The translations under genes and the position numbers were made by a program. Shown one piece after another: positions 1 through 12,999 of a stretch of 64,000 nucleotides of DNA; the stretch's first letter is position 1, and each line of letters opens with the position of its first letter. Where the stretch lies: positions 30,729,328 to 30,793,327 of the forward strand of contig OZ316892.1 in NCBI GenBank assembly GCA_973895155.1, in the 5' to 3' direction. The stretch is from Marsupella aquatica. Its lineage: Eukaryota; Plantae; Marchantiophyta. Under the pieces are notes generated by a model. That model made no database searches and was not told where the DNA came from. It saw only the letters and a program-made list of their open reading frames with translations.

Positions 1-526
1 TGGTAGCTAACCTTTGAAACCTTTGCAGAAACCTCCTTACTGACTCCTTGGATCCCATTCTGATCTCTCCCATCTTGATCAGAGCTTCCGATTCTTCTCC
101 CACCTTCCTAAACTCCTGCAAGAATGCTAGCTTGAAGGCATCCCAATCATTCTTGATGGCATTTGATAGGCTATTGAACCAAGGTCTTGCTTCTCCTCTC
201 AAGACCCCCGCCAAAGTGGTCAACTTAATATCAAACTCTCCATTGGCTTGGGCTGTCCCAATGAAGTCCTCCAACCAAGCATCAGGATCCTCCTTGGGCT
301 TGCCATGGAATGTCTTGTACTGAAATCTTGCTCTTTGAGTCACCACCATGGCTGCTTCTTGATCTTCACTTGTGTTGGTAGTGGAAGAAGATGTATCACT
401 CCACCCTACACCAGGTTCCGCTTCAGCTTGCAAATGAATGTCCACCCAATCTGGTTGCTCCAACTGGTCACCAAAGTTGAAACTAAGAGAGGCTTCTTTT
501 AGTGCTTGACTCCTTGTAGTGGGCAT
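1..526 (-). CDS. gag: Ty3/gypsy element A gag N-terminal/capsid region (runs off window start)
   Basis: Manual translation from ATG 526: MPTTRSQ...QRARFQYKTFHGKPKEDPDAWLEDFIGTAQANGE...LAGVLRGEARPWFNSL...FLQEFRKVGEESEAL; near-identical in pattern to gag of elements B and C. Confidence 0.85.
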   Translation of the reverse strand, partial: MPTTRSQALKEASLSFNFGDQLEQPDWVDIHLQAEAEPGVGWSDTSSSTTNTSEDQEAAMVVTQRARFQYKTFHGKPKEDPDAWLEDFIGTAQANGEFDIKLTTLAGVLRGEARPWFNSLSNAIKNDWDAFKLAFLQEFRKVGEESEALIKMGEIRMGSKESVRRFLQRFQRLAT

Positions 527-632
527 GCCACTCACAATCACCTTCTTATCTCCCTTCTTCTCTTGAACAGCAAACCTGCAAACACACCTCCAAGTCTTGT
601 GGCTCCACTCCAACAAAAACTGTAAAGAGTTG

Positions 633-650
633 TCCCCGGCAGCGGCGCCA
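633..650 (-). promoter_or_regulatory. Primer binding site, tRNA-Asp type (element A)
   Basis: Minus strand TGGCGCCGCTGCCGGGGA; one mismatch to the Athila-type tRNA-Asp PBS TGGCGCCGTTGCCGGGGA. Confidence 0.85.
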
Positions 651-944
651 AAAACAAGGGTGGGACTCTATGTCAAACACTTGCCAAGGAGCTTAAGCGG
701 CTTTTCTCCCCAAAAGACTACCTAATACCTGCTCCATGTCATACCAGGGTCACAAAGGATTGACAAAACTTCTGAAGTGTGCTTACAATGTCCAATCACT
801 CCATACATAAGTAGTTTCAACTCTCCACTTCTAGAGAGGTAGTCCCCTTGACTACTTTTGTACTCACCCCTTCCCCTCTCCTCTACTCCAAGGATCAGCA
901 AGGGGGATCTCCGCTCCAAGCTGTCACCTTAGAGTAGATTCTCA

Positions 945-1300
945 CACAAACACCCAAGAACCCAAAGTACTTTCCTCTTCAAGCTTAAGTCTCCTCAAGA
1001 CCCTCAAAGTAGTGTTACCCCTCAACCTTGCCCCCCTGGCCTTGGTTTGGGTCCACACATCCCCTTTGAGCCCTAGAGAAGGCTCCTCTATCTAAGGACT
1101 CTTCCTCTTGTTCTTACTTCTTGTTAACACCACACACCAAGCAAAGTACTTTCCACCCTCAAGCTATAATCCTCTCTAAGTCTCAAAGTAATGCTATACC
1201 TTAACCTTGCCTCCTTGGCCTTGGTTTTGTACTAGCACATCCCCTTCAAGCTTAGACCAAGATTATACCATAGCATGGACTCTTCTCTTGCTCTCATATA
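945..1300. repeat. Degenerate tandem duplication (~180-bp unit x2) in LTR A
   Basis: caaagtactttcc...ctcaaagta...aaccttgc...ggccttggttt...cacatcccctt...ggactcttc occurs twice. Confidence 0.75.
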
Positions 1301-2389
1301 CTTCAAATGCACTCACACTTAATGGTCACAATGAAGATTGGTAAGTCTCCTTTTATTGCATCACCTTTACAACAAAAGTTCACTACACATTCTCCACACT
1401 AAGCATGGACCACCTCTCCTTTCTCAAGCTTAGCCCTACCTTGGCAAGGTAGAGATTTCACTTAAGAGATGAGACTCCCGGTCCCTAACAAATGAAAACT
1501 TCCTCCTTATATACTATCTCCTTCCACATCACACCAAGCTTGACCTGGGGTCCAACTATACCTCCCCCAAGTCCTCCTAACACACAAAGTCCAACTCTAT
1601 AGTTCATAGCCCACCCTACTACTTGCTATTTTGCCTCCTTCCAAGCCCTGGAATATGCCACACATGAGTGGTATGCTTTGCCTTCCAAACCTACTCCCAC
1701 TTATGGTCCTCCTCACCAGCTTACCAACCCACTTGAAAGCTCGCAAAAAGAGTGAGTGAGTCTCAAGTTGTGCCTAGTCAAAGTTGGCCTTATTTTACTT
1801 GTAACCCCTTTACTACCCTAAGTAAACTACCCCCTATATTTACTTTTCTTAACTTGATGGCCTTACACCTTTGGCCAAAGGTAAGTACCCTTCTCTAGAG
1901 CCTAACTCAAGTGGTATGGGTGCAAGAAAGGTCAGCCCCTAAATCTGGTATTCATTCCCCTATGCCGACTTTGGTTTGCAAGTTGTCGGGACTCCCTCGT
2001 GGCCTCGGTTAAAAATATATTTGAGTGATTACTTTTCTGGGGTTCCACCTTCACCAGGGGGTGCCTTATCTTCCCCTAACTCAGCACAAAAAAAAAAATT
2101 GGGCCCCAACGGATACCTCTAGCCAAAGTTATGCCCATTCTCCCAAGGCCTGTTTTTGGTGTAAAGCGGGTGTAAGCGGCGGCCCGATTACACTTACCTT
2201 ACATGCCCCTTATGGGGATTCCACGTGTCATGAGGGGAGAGCACTCTCATTATACTCATGTTTCTTATGAAGAATTTGTAAGGACAGCAATGTTTGCAGC
2301 CATTTCTCTCTCGTGAATTCAATCTAAAACCACAGCATTCTCTATTGGATTCTTTCTTGTGCAGCAGTCCAGCTGATCAGCCGCCAGCC

Positions 2390-3015
2390 CCTCAATTTCA
2401 CAGCCACCATAGCTCACAGCCAGCCTAGTCAATTTCGCAGCTAGCCCACCTCTTCAATTTTGCCGCTAGCAACACAGTCAATTTCGCAGCTAGCAGCACA
2501 GTCACATCAGCGCATTTACAGCACAACAACAGCAGATTTGAAGCACAGCAGCAGCAACCATAGCTTGATTCCTTCTCAGTCAAGCAGGTCTCTCTTCTCA
2601 ATTTCGTAGCTGCCCACCTTTGCAATTTCGCAGCTAGCAGCAGCATCATTCAATTCAGCAGCATCAAGGCAGCAGCCAGCCAATTCTCATGAGCATCTCG
2701 TGCCTGATTAGTAGGAGCACCTCTAATCTAGTGTGCAGCTGTCATAGCAGCAAGCAGCCTTCCCAATTCAAAGCCAGCAGCGATCCTAATTTGCAGCCAT
2801 AGCTCTTTTCCTTCTCAGCAGCCATAGCTTCTTCAATCAGCAGCAGCCATTTCAATTCAGCCGCCCTTCCTTCAATTCAGCCGCCCTTGTGCTCAATTGA
2901 TTCCTCAAGTAATCATGCAGCACCTTTGGACAGCCTCCCGGTGCTTGACGTCCTCACCAGCCTCGTGCTTGCTCCTCCTTGCCTCGTGCTCGCTCCTCCT
3001 TGCCTCGTGCTCGCC
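2390..3015. repeat. CAGC-rich motif array (CAATTTCGCAGCTAGC-like) and 21-bp tandem repeat in LTR A
   Basis: Motif variants near 2430, 2455, 2480, 2600, 2624; gcctcgtgctYgctcctcctt x~2.5 at 2960-3015. Confidence 0.7.
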
Positions 3016-3797
3016 GCGTGATCGTCGCCCACGCGGTTTACACTTAGAAAAAAATACATTTTTTTTTTGGAAAAACAGCATTTTGGGGCGATTTTGGACC
3101 CCCCTCCAAAACTCACACATAAGTCCAAAAGGACTTCTGAGTAGCTCCACTGATTCTATGGACATAGGACTATGTCCGGGTTTACTAAGATATAAACAAA
3201 ACCCTATAACAACTTTTCTAAAATTAGGCAAAGAGGGTCAAGTCTTTATGTCTTCCAAAATTCTTCTCAACTTTGAGATGCTCCCAAAAAGTAACCAAGT
3301 GTGACAAAGTTGTCCCACAAGTTTCTAGGGATAGAGGGGACCATACTTAACCCACTTCCAAACTTGGAACCCCTACATTTACCCATCAGCTATTTTTCCC
3401 GGGACCCGCTATTTGGTAACTTTGATTTTTGCCAAAATACTTATAACTCCTAGGTTAAGACCCCACTTGACTTCATACTTTTTCAGGGTTCCCTAGGGAC
3501 CTCCCAGCACCCATGGGGGAAATATCAGCCAAAAATAAGATGTCCGGTGTCGGGTCATTTTTCGGTCCCGACTTAGTCGCCTATTATAACTAAGGACGGA
3601 CTAGTTTCCTGCCCCTCCTATAGTAACTTGCTTACCCCTAGATAACTTTGCATAACTAAATTCCCTCTTACCTCTACTAAGCTTCCCTTCTTACTTAAGT
3701 GCCCTAAACCTAGCTACTCTGATAGCACTAAAACTTTTTCCCTAACTATTTCCTCTTCTAAACGAAAGAATGTCATGTTTCTCTACACTAGCTGACA

Positions 3798-6700
3798 CTG
3801 AGCCATCCCACAGGTGCCATCGTAGGCCACAGGTTTCCAGACTGTTGGCTGCTCTTTTGGGAGCTCCTTGGGTTCCTCTATTACGGACGGAACCTCGGGG
3901 CTCCATGTAACTTTCTTTTTTGTGGGAGGAGTGGCGGTCTGAGTAGCATTTTCCTCGGGTATACCTGGCAAGGCAAGCCGGCCAACCGCCTTTGTAGGGC
4001 TCACTATTCCGGGGAATTCTTTGCCCGTTGCCGCATCATCTCTTACTGGCCTCCCTGGTGTTTCGATTTGGGCTGCTGGTCTGGGCTGGTTTAGAATATG
4101 GGCTTCTCGGACGGCACTTACCCCAAAGACTTCCTCTTCATCCAGCCGAGAGATTAACTCCACCATATTTACCTCATCTTCTGAGATTTCCTCCTCCGAG
4201 TCATATTCTTCGGGTCCCTGGGGCATTTCACCCTGATAGTCTTCTTCCTTCCATGACACCGTCGTGGTCGGGTTACCGAATCGTAATTCCTTCCTTCCCC
4301 AGTCGGTAACGACTCGGGCACCGTATAACCAGGGTCTGCCCAGCAGTACTGGATAAGAAGAGGGTCGGACTGGTCGCATCACCAGGTAATTTAGAAAAAA
4401 CTCGAGGCCTCCAATCCACATGGATGTCTTGGTTAACGTCCCCAATGGCATGATCCTGGCGCCGTTTGCTAACCGAAGCCTCCAATCCACGTGGATATCT
4501 TGGTTAACGTCCCCAATGGCATGATCCTGGCGCCGTTTGCTAACCGAATGGCGCGTGCCGTGGGTTGATAAGACGTATATCCCAACCTTACGGACATGTC
4601 CTCCGTCATGATGTTTACACCGGACCCGCCATCTACCGGTACAAACCGAACAGTACAGCCCGCTATCTCGATAGAGACTTATGGCGCTCCTAAGTCGTGG
4701 TAAATCATCATACAGTCGGCTAAGGTGCTTACCCGAGGTAGCCGTCGCCTCCTCTTCTCTATCAGCATCTCCTTGAGTTGTTGCCGATACTTCGGGTTAT
4801 CCTGCAATAGTTGTCCGACAGTGGCCGTGGCTGCACAGTTCTGAACATCCTTTTTGATGTCGTATTGGTTAGACGGTGGTGTCGCAGATTTTAATGCTTC
4901 TGCTCCCTTGACTTCAGCTTGCAAGGGAGTCTCAGCTTCCTCGGCTTCTTCGGCCGCCTTAGCATCGGCAATATCCTTCCTAATGGCTTTTTCGTGCTCT
5001 TGGGCCTCGTAGGCTTCCAATTGCTTTTTGACCAGTTCCTCTACTCCCGGGTAGAATAACTTTGGGTTATCCCGCTGGTAGTCCTCCTGCTCGTCTAGTT
5101 CCATCGGACTATTCTTATCCGCGACCGCCGTTTTTGCTTGGCGTCCTTTGGAGCTCGTTCTTTGTACTTGTCCTTCTTGCGGGATGATCGGGTAGAAACG
5201 CGGTAGCACTCGTCATCCGCGTGCGTTGATGTTTTCTTGACTGCTTCTATGAGGTCGATCCACTCGGTGGAGTCGTCCTACCATTCCATCGTTACCATTT
5301 GTACTACTGTATCCGTAATTGGTGGGGCCGCAGGTTGAGCAGCTCTGACGTCGCCGGCCTTTGCGTCTAGCACCAAGGGGCAGTTTGACGTGGAATGTGC
5401 TTCGGTTCGACAGACCTGGCACAATGGAATCGCTCTCCCATCCCCTTGCTTCCTTTGCTCCGTGCACTCTCGGGCAAAGTGACCAGGTTTCTCGCAATTA
5501 TAACAAACCAGGGTCCGCCAAACGCCGGGTTTAGGTGGTATACTTGGATTGCTAACCATCTGGGGGCCACGCCCATTCACCGGATACGGATAAGGGGTAT
5601 GGAACCCTGGATTGTGGCCGCTTAGGGTGCGAGGTCCCGTCATACTCATCTGGAACACCGCCTCACCTGGATCCTCGAAGAAGTACTCCATCGTGCATCC
5701 CTCTGGCTCGGACTGTCCGGGCTCCAACTCTATCTGGTGCACACGTGTGTTCCATCTTGGACATTCTTGCACCACATGTCCCGACTGATAACACTTGGAG
5801 CACCAAGCATGCGCTCGGGTTTCCGGTAGTTTCTTCTTGTCAAGAGGTTTTTCCACCAAGTGCACCGATAGTGCTTTCAGCCGGTCTGTGATTTCGTTCA
5901 GCTTTTCTACCTCAGCGGCCTTGGGGTCCGCAGTGACGACCTTGGCTCGCGGTTTATGTTTGCCCGTATCTGACCGTGATCCCTTCTTTCTTCGGTGGTT
6001 ACAAGACTCTAACTCGGTCTCGCTGGAGGATGAGCCAGTTGATGTCGGGCTACTGGACAGGGAATCACTAGACTCTGAATCAGAGTCTGACGAAGAGCTT
6101 GTCCGGCCCTTCTTCTTATGTCGTCATTTCTTCTTCCTTTTCTTCTCGTCGTACTCAGAGTCGGAGTTGCTGAAGGTATGATACCTCCTGCTCTTCTTAT
6201 GCTTGGTCCTCCTATTAAGCTGAGAGGCGTAGTGCGATTCCCTGAAGGATTCGGCACTATCAATTGCTTGTTGTAGCGTGGTGGTCTTCTTTTCTAGCAC
6301 TAAGAACGCCATCCTCTGGGGTAGCGCGTTGACGAACCATTTCCTCAGCAGAGAGTCATCTGGCTTAGGCCAAATCTTGGCGGCAACCTTCTGGAATCGC
6401 TGTAGAAATTTGCGAAGTGAGTCATGCTTACCCATCTGCATTCGTCCAATTTTTGACAGGGCCCGAGATTCGATCCCCACAGGCCTAAATTCTTGCAAGA
6501 ACGCCGTCTGGAACTGGCCCCATGTGAAACCAGGGGGTTGTAAGTTATACCACGGGCGTGCTTCTCCTCGTAGCACGCCTGGAAGAATGGTTAGCTTAAT
6601 GGCTTCCTCGCCATTCGCCTTGGCCTTGGCCGTGGCCTCGAACTCAGCTATCCATTCATCAGGGTCGTCCGTGGGTCGTCCCATAAAGGGTCGATAGTGA

Positions 6701-6870
6701 AACCGGGATCGCTGCGACACGTTCTGAGCCGTAGGGGGCTGCAACGCACCTGGTACCTGCGGGGCTGGTGGAACTGGTGGAGTTCCTCCCGCCGTTGGTG
6801 CTTGGGTACCAGTGGTGGCCCTCCCACCACGTGCCCGTCCAAACTCGTTTCTCAGCCTTGAAACAAGTCG
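3798..6870 (-). pseudogene. gag-pol: Gypsy element B gag-protease (disrupted)
   Basis: Capsid (FHYRPFMGRPTDDPDEWIAEF, LRGEARPWY), Ser/Lys-rich linker, three CCHC knuckles, PR motifs PVDGGSGVNIM and YPVLLGRPWLY; stops and frameshifts; cut by LTR A at 3797. Confidence 0.9.
4407..4548. repeat. ~71-bp tandem duplication frameshifting the element B protease
   Basis: cctccaatcca..tggat.tcttggttaacgtccccaatggcatgatcctggcgccgtttgctaaccgaa occurs twice. Confidence 0.9.
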
Positions 6871-7964
6871 AACCTTGCACTAACACGGAATGTTGGGGCA
6901 AGTTCTCCCCAACTATACTCCTTGTCGTTAGCGACCCCTCCCATACGAAGCCGCACTTGCCCTCGTCAGCACAACCGTCGCTCAACGGTCTTTGCTATCT
7001 GCACAAGCAACCAACCAACCAACCGGTAAGAACTTGTCTTGATCTCGGAACTCCCAAGACCATTGTCTTGCCTCAAGCTCAACAGTCGTTAGTAAGTAGG
7101 TCAACGGATAGAGCCTCCCAGGCCCGCATGGCCTTGCCATAAGCTGAAACTAAGGTCGACATCACTGTTCGTCCAGAACAGTCTATCTACCGGATGTCGC
7201 CCAAGCTTCCCCACTTTCTACCCGTCAATGGCTGACCGCCCTGCCTCCAGGACATGCCCATGGCCCAAACTCAGTTTGTCACAAACTAGTAGTAACACGC
7301 CGGGACCATTCAGTTTCTAGATCTTAGCCACCTCTCTGCGAAATCGGGTTCCGCTTAACCTCTCACCATGCATCGGGACCAGATCTCAATGGCAGCCCCC
7401 AGAGTCTACTTGGTTCTACCTCTCCAACATCAGGTCCCCGTGGGAACCAAATGCGGTTTGGTCACTGTTCGACTTCGGATCGGCAAGAGGGACTCCCTCC
7501 ATTGCAAGCCTCAAAACCAAAATCATCCAATGCACAATCAGAGAGCACCATGAGGTAGCTTTATTCATTAGCTTTCCAACGAGCCCAAGAACTCCCCCAA
7601 CGGAGATCCGATCGTCGAGTTATGTTTGTTTCCACTTCAAAACTCGAAACGACGTATCTTCGTCGATCGCGATCAGCTCGAGCTCAAACTTGAGAGGACC
7701 ACTCCCCTCATATATGCTTCTGGGGACCTGCCACCCCCGGACCAGCTTTGGTCCCCTATCTTTGACCCCCTACCCGAGGGTCCGTGGGCCCCGCCACTTA
7801 GCTCGAAACGAAGATAATCGAAAACCTTCCGTAACTTGACCTCGAGCGCAAATTGTGGCATAAGGGGCTAAAAGTTACGGCCCTAACCCCGCTCTGGTCC
7901 AGGCAACCCCCCCTGGTCCAGGCAACCCCCTCTTGGTCCATCGATGCGCGGCGACTCTAATCGA

Positions 7965-8743
7965 GTCTAAATCGGCCATAACTTTTGGCCCCTAGGTCCG
8001 TTGGCCAAAACATATGCGGCCCCATGATCGGGCTCATGTGGGGCTTCTCAGGCCCCTATGGTGATCCGTTGGAAAAATAGTTCATTTTTCCGTGATCGGC
8101 AACGGGCCCAAACTACAAGCATGCGGCTTGAGTCGGCCATAACTTTTGGCCCCTGGGTCCGTTGGCCGAGAAATATGCGGCCCCATGATCGGGCTCATGT
8201 GGGGCTTCTTGGGCCCCTATGGTGATCCGTTGGAAAAATAGTTCATTTTTCCATGATCGGCAACGGGCCCAAACTACAAGCATGCGGCTTGAGTCGATCA
8301 TAACTTTTGGCCCCTGGGTCCGTTGGCCGAGAAATATGCGGCCCCATGATCGGGCTCATGTAGGGCTTCTTGTGCTCCTATGGTGATCCATTGGAAAAAT
8401 AGTTCATTTTTCCATGATCGGCAACGGGCCCAAACTACAAGCATGCGGCTTGAGTCGGTCATAACTTTTGGCCCCTAGGTCCGTTGGCCGAGAAATATGC
8501 GGCCCCATGATCGGGCTTCTTGTGCTCCTATGGTGATCCGTTGGAAAAATAGTTCATTTTTCCATGATCGGCAACGGGCCCAAACTACAAGCATGTGGCT
8601 TGAGTCGGTCATAACTTTTGGCCCCTGGGTCCGTTGGCCGAGAAATATGCGGCCCCATGATCGGGCTCATGTGGGGCTTCTTGGGCCCCTATGGTGATCC
8701 GTCAGAAAAATAGTTCATATTTCCATGATCGGCAATGGGCCCA
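7965..8743. repeat. 161-bp tandem repeat, ~4.8 copies
   Basis: cataacttttggcccct recurs at 7977, 8138, 8299, 8460 and 8610 (one unit has an 11-bp deletion). Confidence 0.95.
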
Positions 8744-10146
8744 ATAAAGTTAATTGGAACGCGCTTTTCTCAAGTCTTGTCCTTGCTCTTAATAGCCTCC
8801 TCTTTGTTAGTCGCATCCCTAATGGCCATGATGGTAGCAAATCTAAGAGGGGCTCAACGCTGGAGTTAGGCAACGCCGGAGCAATTACGAGTAGGTGAAA
8901 GTTGTATTCGCGACTGTACCCATCACAACATGCGATCCTGCTTGGGAAGCCGAGCTCCCTGCTCCACCGGATGCGGTATTCCCTTCCAAACTTGATGCTT
9001 CGTCCGGTTGTTGTAAATACGCAGAACGTGACCGGGTAAGGGGCATGCCCCTTCCTACACGTCGAGTACAAAATCAAAGGTTATTAGCTCACTACACGGC
9101 TCCACTCGTAAGGCAAAATGAGTGCCCCCTCCATCTAGCGTCAAAAAACCGGTCGCCGTATGTCGCGTCCCTAACCTAGGCCTTAAATCCATTTTAGTGC
9201 CATGGCGCGACCTTGACCACCAGTAGGGGTGAGGGTTCGGGCAAGGAGGTGTGTAGTGGCCCCGATTAGCCCTAAGTCGGGCTAAGCCGATATACTTACT
9301 GGTATAACGCTTAAGCAATTCGTACTAGTCATAGGTATCTTTTATCTTCCACCGCTGGAATCCTCCCTCAGTTAGTGACTCGGACTAACTCCCGGCTTGG
9401 GGCTTTTCAAGCCATCGACGCGAAAGAACCTTGTGACATACAATGGGTGGCAATCCCTACCATTAGTCCGCACCGGGTACGTCCCTTAAAATGGTGCCTT
9501 TGCCCAGACAAAGCATACTCACAACACCAGTTACTTGCGGAAACATTAGAGGGAAAAGACTACATTTACTCAGCGAAGCATCAGTTTACATGGTTGACTC
9601 GACTTCAAAGGGGGTCAGCAGGCCCAACGGCAGTCAATGCCCAGTCTCTACAAGGCCCCGCCTCGCACTTGCCCAGCAAGCTCGACTCTAGCTCTCACTC
9701 CTTGGTGCGCTCTGACCCTGCTCAGGCCGGGACTCCCCATGCCTCACCTTTCTTCTGCTGAGATAACTAAGCCTTCTCCCCTTTCCAAAGCGGAAGGGGA
9801 AGCCTAAATACTACAATTTGTGGAAGAGAACCGGAGGATACTACCTTCCGAGATACTACCTACTGACTAACTACCTTCTGACTACTGGCCGTGCCGCACT
9901 GACTGGTTGACCGTCGACGACAAGGGTGCCGACCGGGATGGCAGCGGCCAAGTCTACTGACAAAAATCTAGTCCGTTGATGGACTCCATCCTACGTTGGC
10001 TGATTCTAACTGATCCGGCCCTAATTCTTCCTATTGCCGCTAATCGGCGCCTAATGACAGCCATTCTATCGTTACACCTAACCAAAAGATGCCGCTGACT
10101 TAACTGCCTCGCGCGGCGCCTGCTTCCACCCTTCGCTAACCACCCC

Positions 10147-12868
10147 TTACGTGTGTGCTGTGGTTGGACCAGGGCTGGTCCCCTTGTCGGGGCGAGACCT
10201 CGAGCCGCCTTGATCAGAGGTGGGCCCAGGTTTTCCCCGCTGGAGGACGAGCAGGGTAACGCGGTCCTGCAAGGCCTTGTTGTCCCGTACCGCCTCCTCC
10301 GCCTCGTTTGTAGCTTCATCGGCCTCGGTCTGGAGCCGCGCTACCTCCAGGTTGAGCTGGTTAATGGAGTCGCGATGGATCTGGTCCTGAGCCAGCAATT
10401 TATCCCGTTCGGCGGAGAGACTAGCCACCTGCTATGCTGCCTGCAGGAATTGTTTGTTGAGATCGGTCAGGTTGGTAACCCGAGCCGAAGATTCTGAGCG
10501 TAATTGAAGCACGGTGTCGTCCAGCTTCTTGAGATCTGCTTGTGCTCCGCTTAACTCCTGGGTTAGTCCATCCCTCTGTTTGACGGTGCGGACTAACTCC
10601 TCGCGGCGGGTAGTGGCCTCCTCCTCGAGGTGCTCTACCAGCATCTGGAGGCGCCCGATCTCATTCCCCTTCGCCATGAGTTCTTCTTCCAAGCGGCTTA
10701 CGATCCGTGGTTGGTGCTCTAACATGAAGAAGGCTGGTTGAAAGTATGCCAAGACTTGTTGTTCGATGTACATTGCCAGCTCCCCAAACATAGTCTGGCT
10801 AAACTTCTGGACCAGGTTGTAGGCCATGGTTCCCGGGGCTACTTGGTAGTCCTCCATCCTCTCGGGTACCGGTGGTTCCTCGGGCGGGGCAACAAGCTCC
10901 TCCGTAGTCTGCGCTGGGGAGGGGAAGGTTTCTTCAGGTGGTGGAGGGATTGGGGGTGGTTGTACTGCGGGTAGCGGAGGCTCGACGGAAGGGGGCGGCG
11001 GAATTTCCACAGGAGGAGGTGGCGGAGTATTAGTTGCGGCTTCCGGCTCGGGGTTTGCCCGAGGGACGGTAGTCAGCGCGATCGGGGTTGCCTCCTTTGG
11101 GGCGGGGGTGACATTAGTCGGGGCTGAGGTGGCCATATTCTTTCCTCTAGCCTCCCGCCATGCCTTGTACCAGGCGAGGATAATGGCGATATGACTGCCC
11201 AAGTAAGTCTTCCCCCCAATAGCCATACCACCCTGAGCTCGCTTCAGCTCCCCCAAGAATCTTCGGTAGAAGAATTGGGCCCAGTTCCGCCGTTTGTACT
11301 GTTCCACCTGCACGATCGTGCAAAGGGAAATCTCGGATCGTGGCTCAATCATGTGTAGGGTAGTCCGTATGAAGTTAAGACGCTCCATGCAGATTAAGTT
11401 GGTGCATGACCCCTGCTTGTATCCGTTGTCCGTCTTACCCTTGGGTTTGAAGTGCCGCGGCATATACTCCTTATCCCGAATTTGGAGTTCAACCGGCACC
11501 GGCCCGGTTGGCAGATAGAAGATTTGCGTTAACCGATGCTCCATGAGTGATAAGGCCTGCCCCAAAACCTTGGTGGTCGATGCGTCAGTGTCAAAATTGG
11601 AGATGAACTCACAAATCTCCTTCGGCCCGGCGGCGCACGGCCTCCATAGCAAGTGAGCGAACTGCTCCAACTGATGCTCCTTGAGATAGTCCGCGTGTTC
11701 GAGTTTCTTGATCGCGATCCAGACCACTTCGGGGACGCGGATTACCTGTAATAAGTTGGACTTCGGGTTATCCGGGGGCCGTCGGGTCTGGTTGGCCAGG
11801 GGGTTTGCTGGGGCAGGTGTAGGCACGGTGTTGGTTTGCGTTGTTGATTTGGGGGCCGTCGTCGTCCATGGCCGCTTACGAGAACGCTGTTCGAGTTGCA
11901 GACTAGCTTGCTCGGAACCTGAAGAACACTCTGTGTTGATCACTGGACGGACTTGAGACCGGTTCGGCGGTACGCCGGTGGTCATCGGCTGAGACACTGG
12001 TGGTATCGGGGTAGCCATATCCCAGTTGAAGACGTTGGAGCTTTCCCCGAGGAATGTAAGATTACGCACCGCTTCCCGTTGTCTGCTGATGTCTTCTTGA
12101 CGCTTTTTGGCTGCGATCTACTAGTCTAGGTACCCCGGAATCTTGTCGAACTCCGCTTGAGTAAGCCGTTGGCTGCCCTTCAGCTTAAAGAACTTCGCTG
12201 GGACTTCAAGAATCGCCTCTGCTACCGATCTAAGCCCTTCCTCGTTGAGATATAGTTTGGTGATGTAGTCTCGCAGCTCGTTGTAGCTGGAATCCCTGGT
12301 GATGGCTGTCCTTTTGCAATTAACCAGTGCTACCTTGGTCACCAGCTTCGCGTATCTTCGTTCGTAAGCGGCTTTCTTGGGACAAGAGTACCAGTAAGTC
12401 TCGGAGAACTTAGCACCTATCTCGCCAAACAAGGTCCAGAATCCCAAGGCTGTAAGGGTCATACTAACCTCGTAGTCCGGTTTGTTGAGTCCACGTTCCC
12501 ACCCGGTTGGTCCTTTTTCTCGTGGAGGCCTCGCTCGTCCTGACTAAATCTCGCCATATTCCGCTCTTATCCCTCGATAATCTCCTTGTAAAGGTTGACT
12601 TGATTTGATCAGAAAGGCGAGTGGATGGCAACGTCCGCGAATTCCAAAAAGGTGGAAATGAGCAAATGGCCCGCAGCGCCATCGGCTCCTCTCTTATGGG
12701 GGTGCCAGGATGAGCCCGAGCGTGAGAAGGCCAGGCCGTTTTGGTCATTGATAATGAGCTGAAGTCAGCGCCTCGGTCCAAGCGTGATTCTTCTAACTGA
12801 TTTTTACTCCGCTGCCGCCACCGTACCTCGGTCGCGCGTAATAATCCTCTTTCTGAACTCATAATCAT
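10147..12868 (-). pseudogene. Accessory ORF of gypsy B (PMD/Transposase_32-like domain, Pro-rich linker, coiled coil), broken by stops and a frameshift
   Basis: ORFs 12121-12462, 10432-12069 and 10147-10428 are in one frame, separated by TAG stops; motifs NGYKQGSC, ERLNFI, NWAQFFYRRF, YLGSHI match the ORFs at 18206 and 37200. Confidence 0.65.
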
Positions 12869-12999
12869 TTGGTCATCTTAACCTACTCCTAATCTATTCA
12901 TAATGGCAACAGACGGCTATACGTGCTATTCTACGCTATGGCTACGGTCCTACGTCCGTATAAGACCTAATCTACGACCTGGGTTTGGTTAAGTGACAT

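Larger units (their letters stand above)
671..3797 (-). mobile_element. 5' LTR of gypsy element A (~3.1 kb), inserted into element B
   Basis: TGTCA (671) ... TGACA (3797) termini; adjacent to the PBS; the right end truncates the element B pol frame. Partner LTR lies outside the window. Confidence 0.7.

Noticed and set aside
7433-7450. PBS for element B (TGGTTCCCACGGGGAC)
   Set aside because: Only a short match to tRNA-Glu-like ends; cannot be supported
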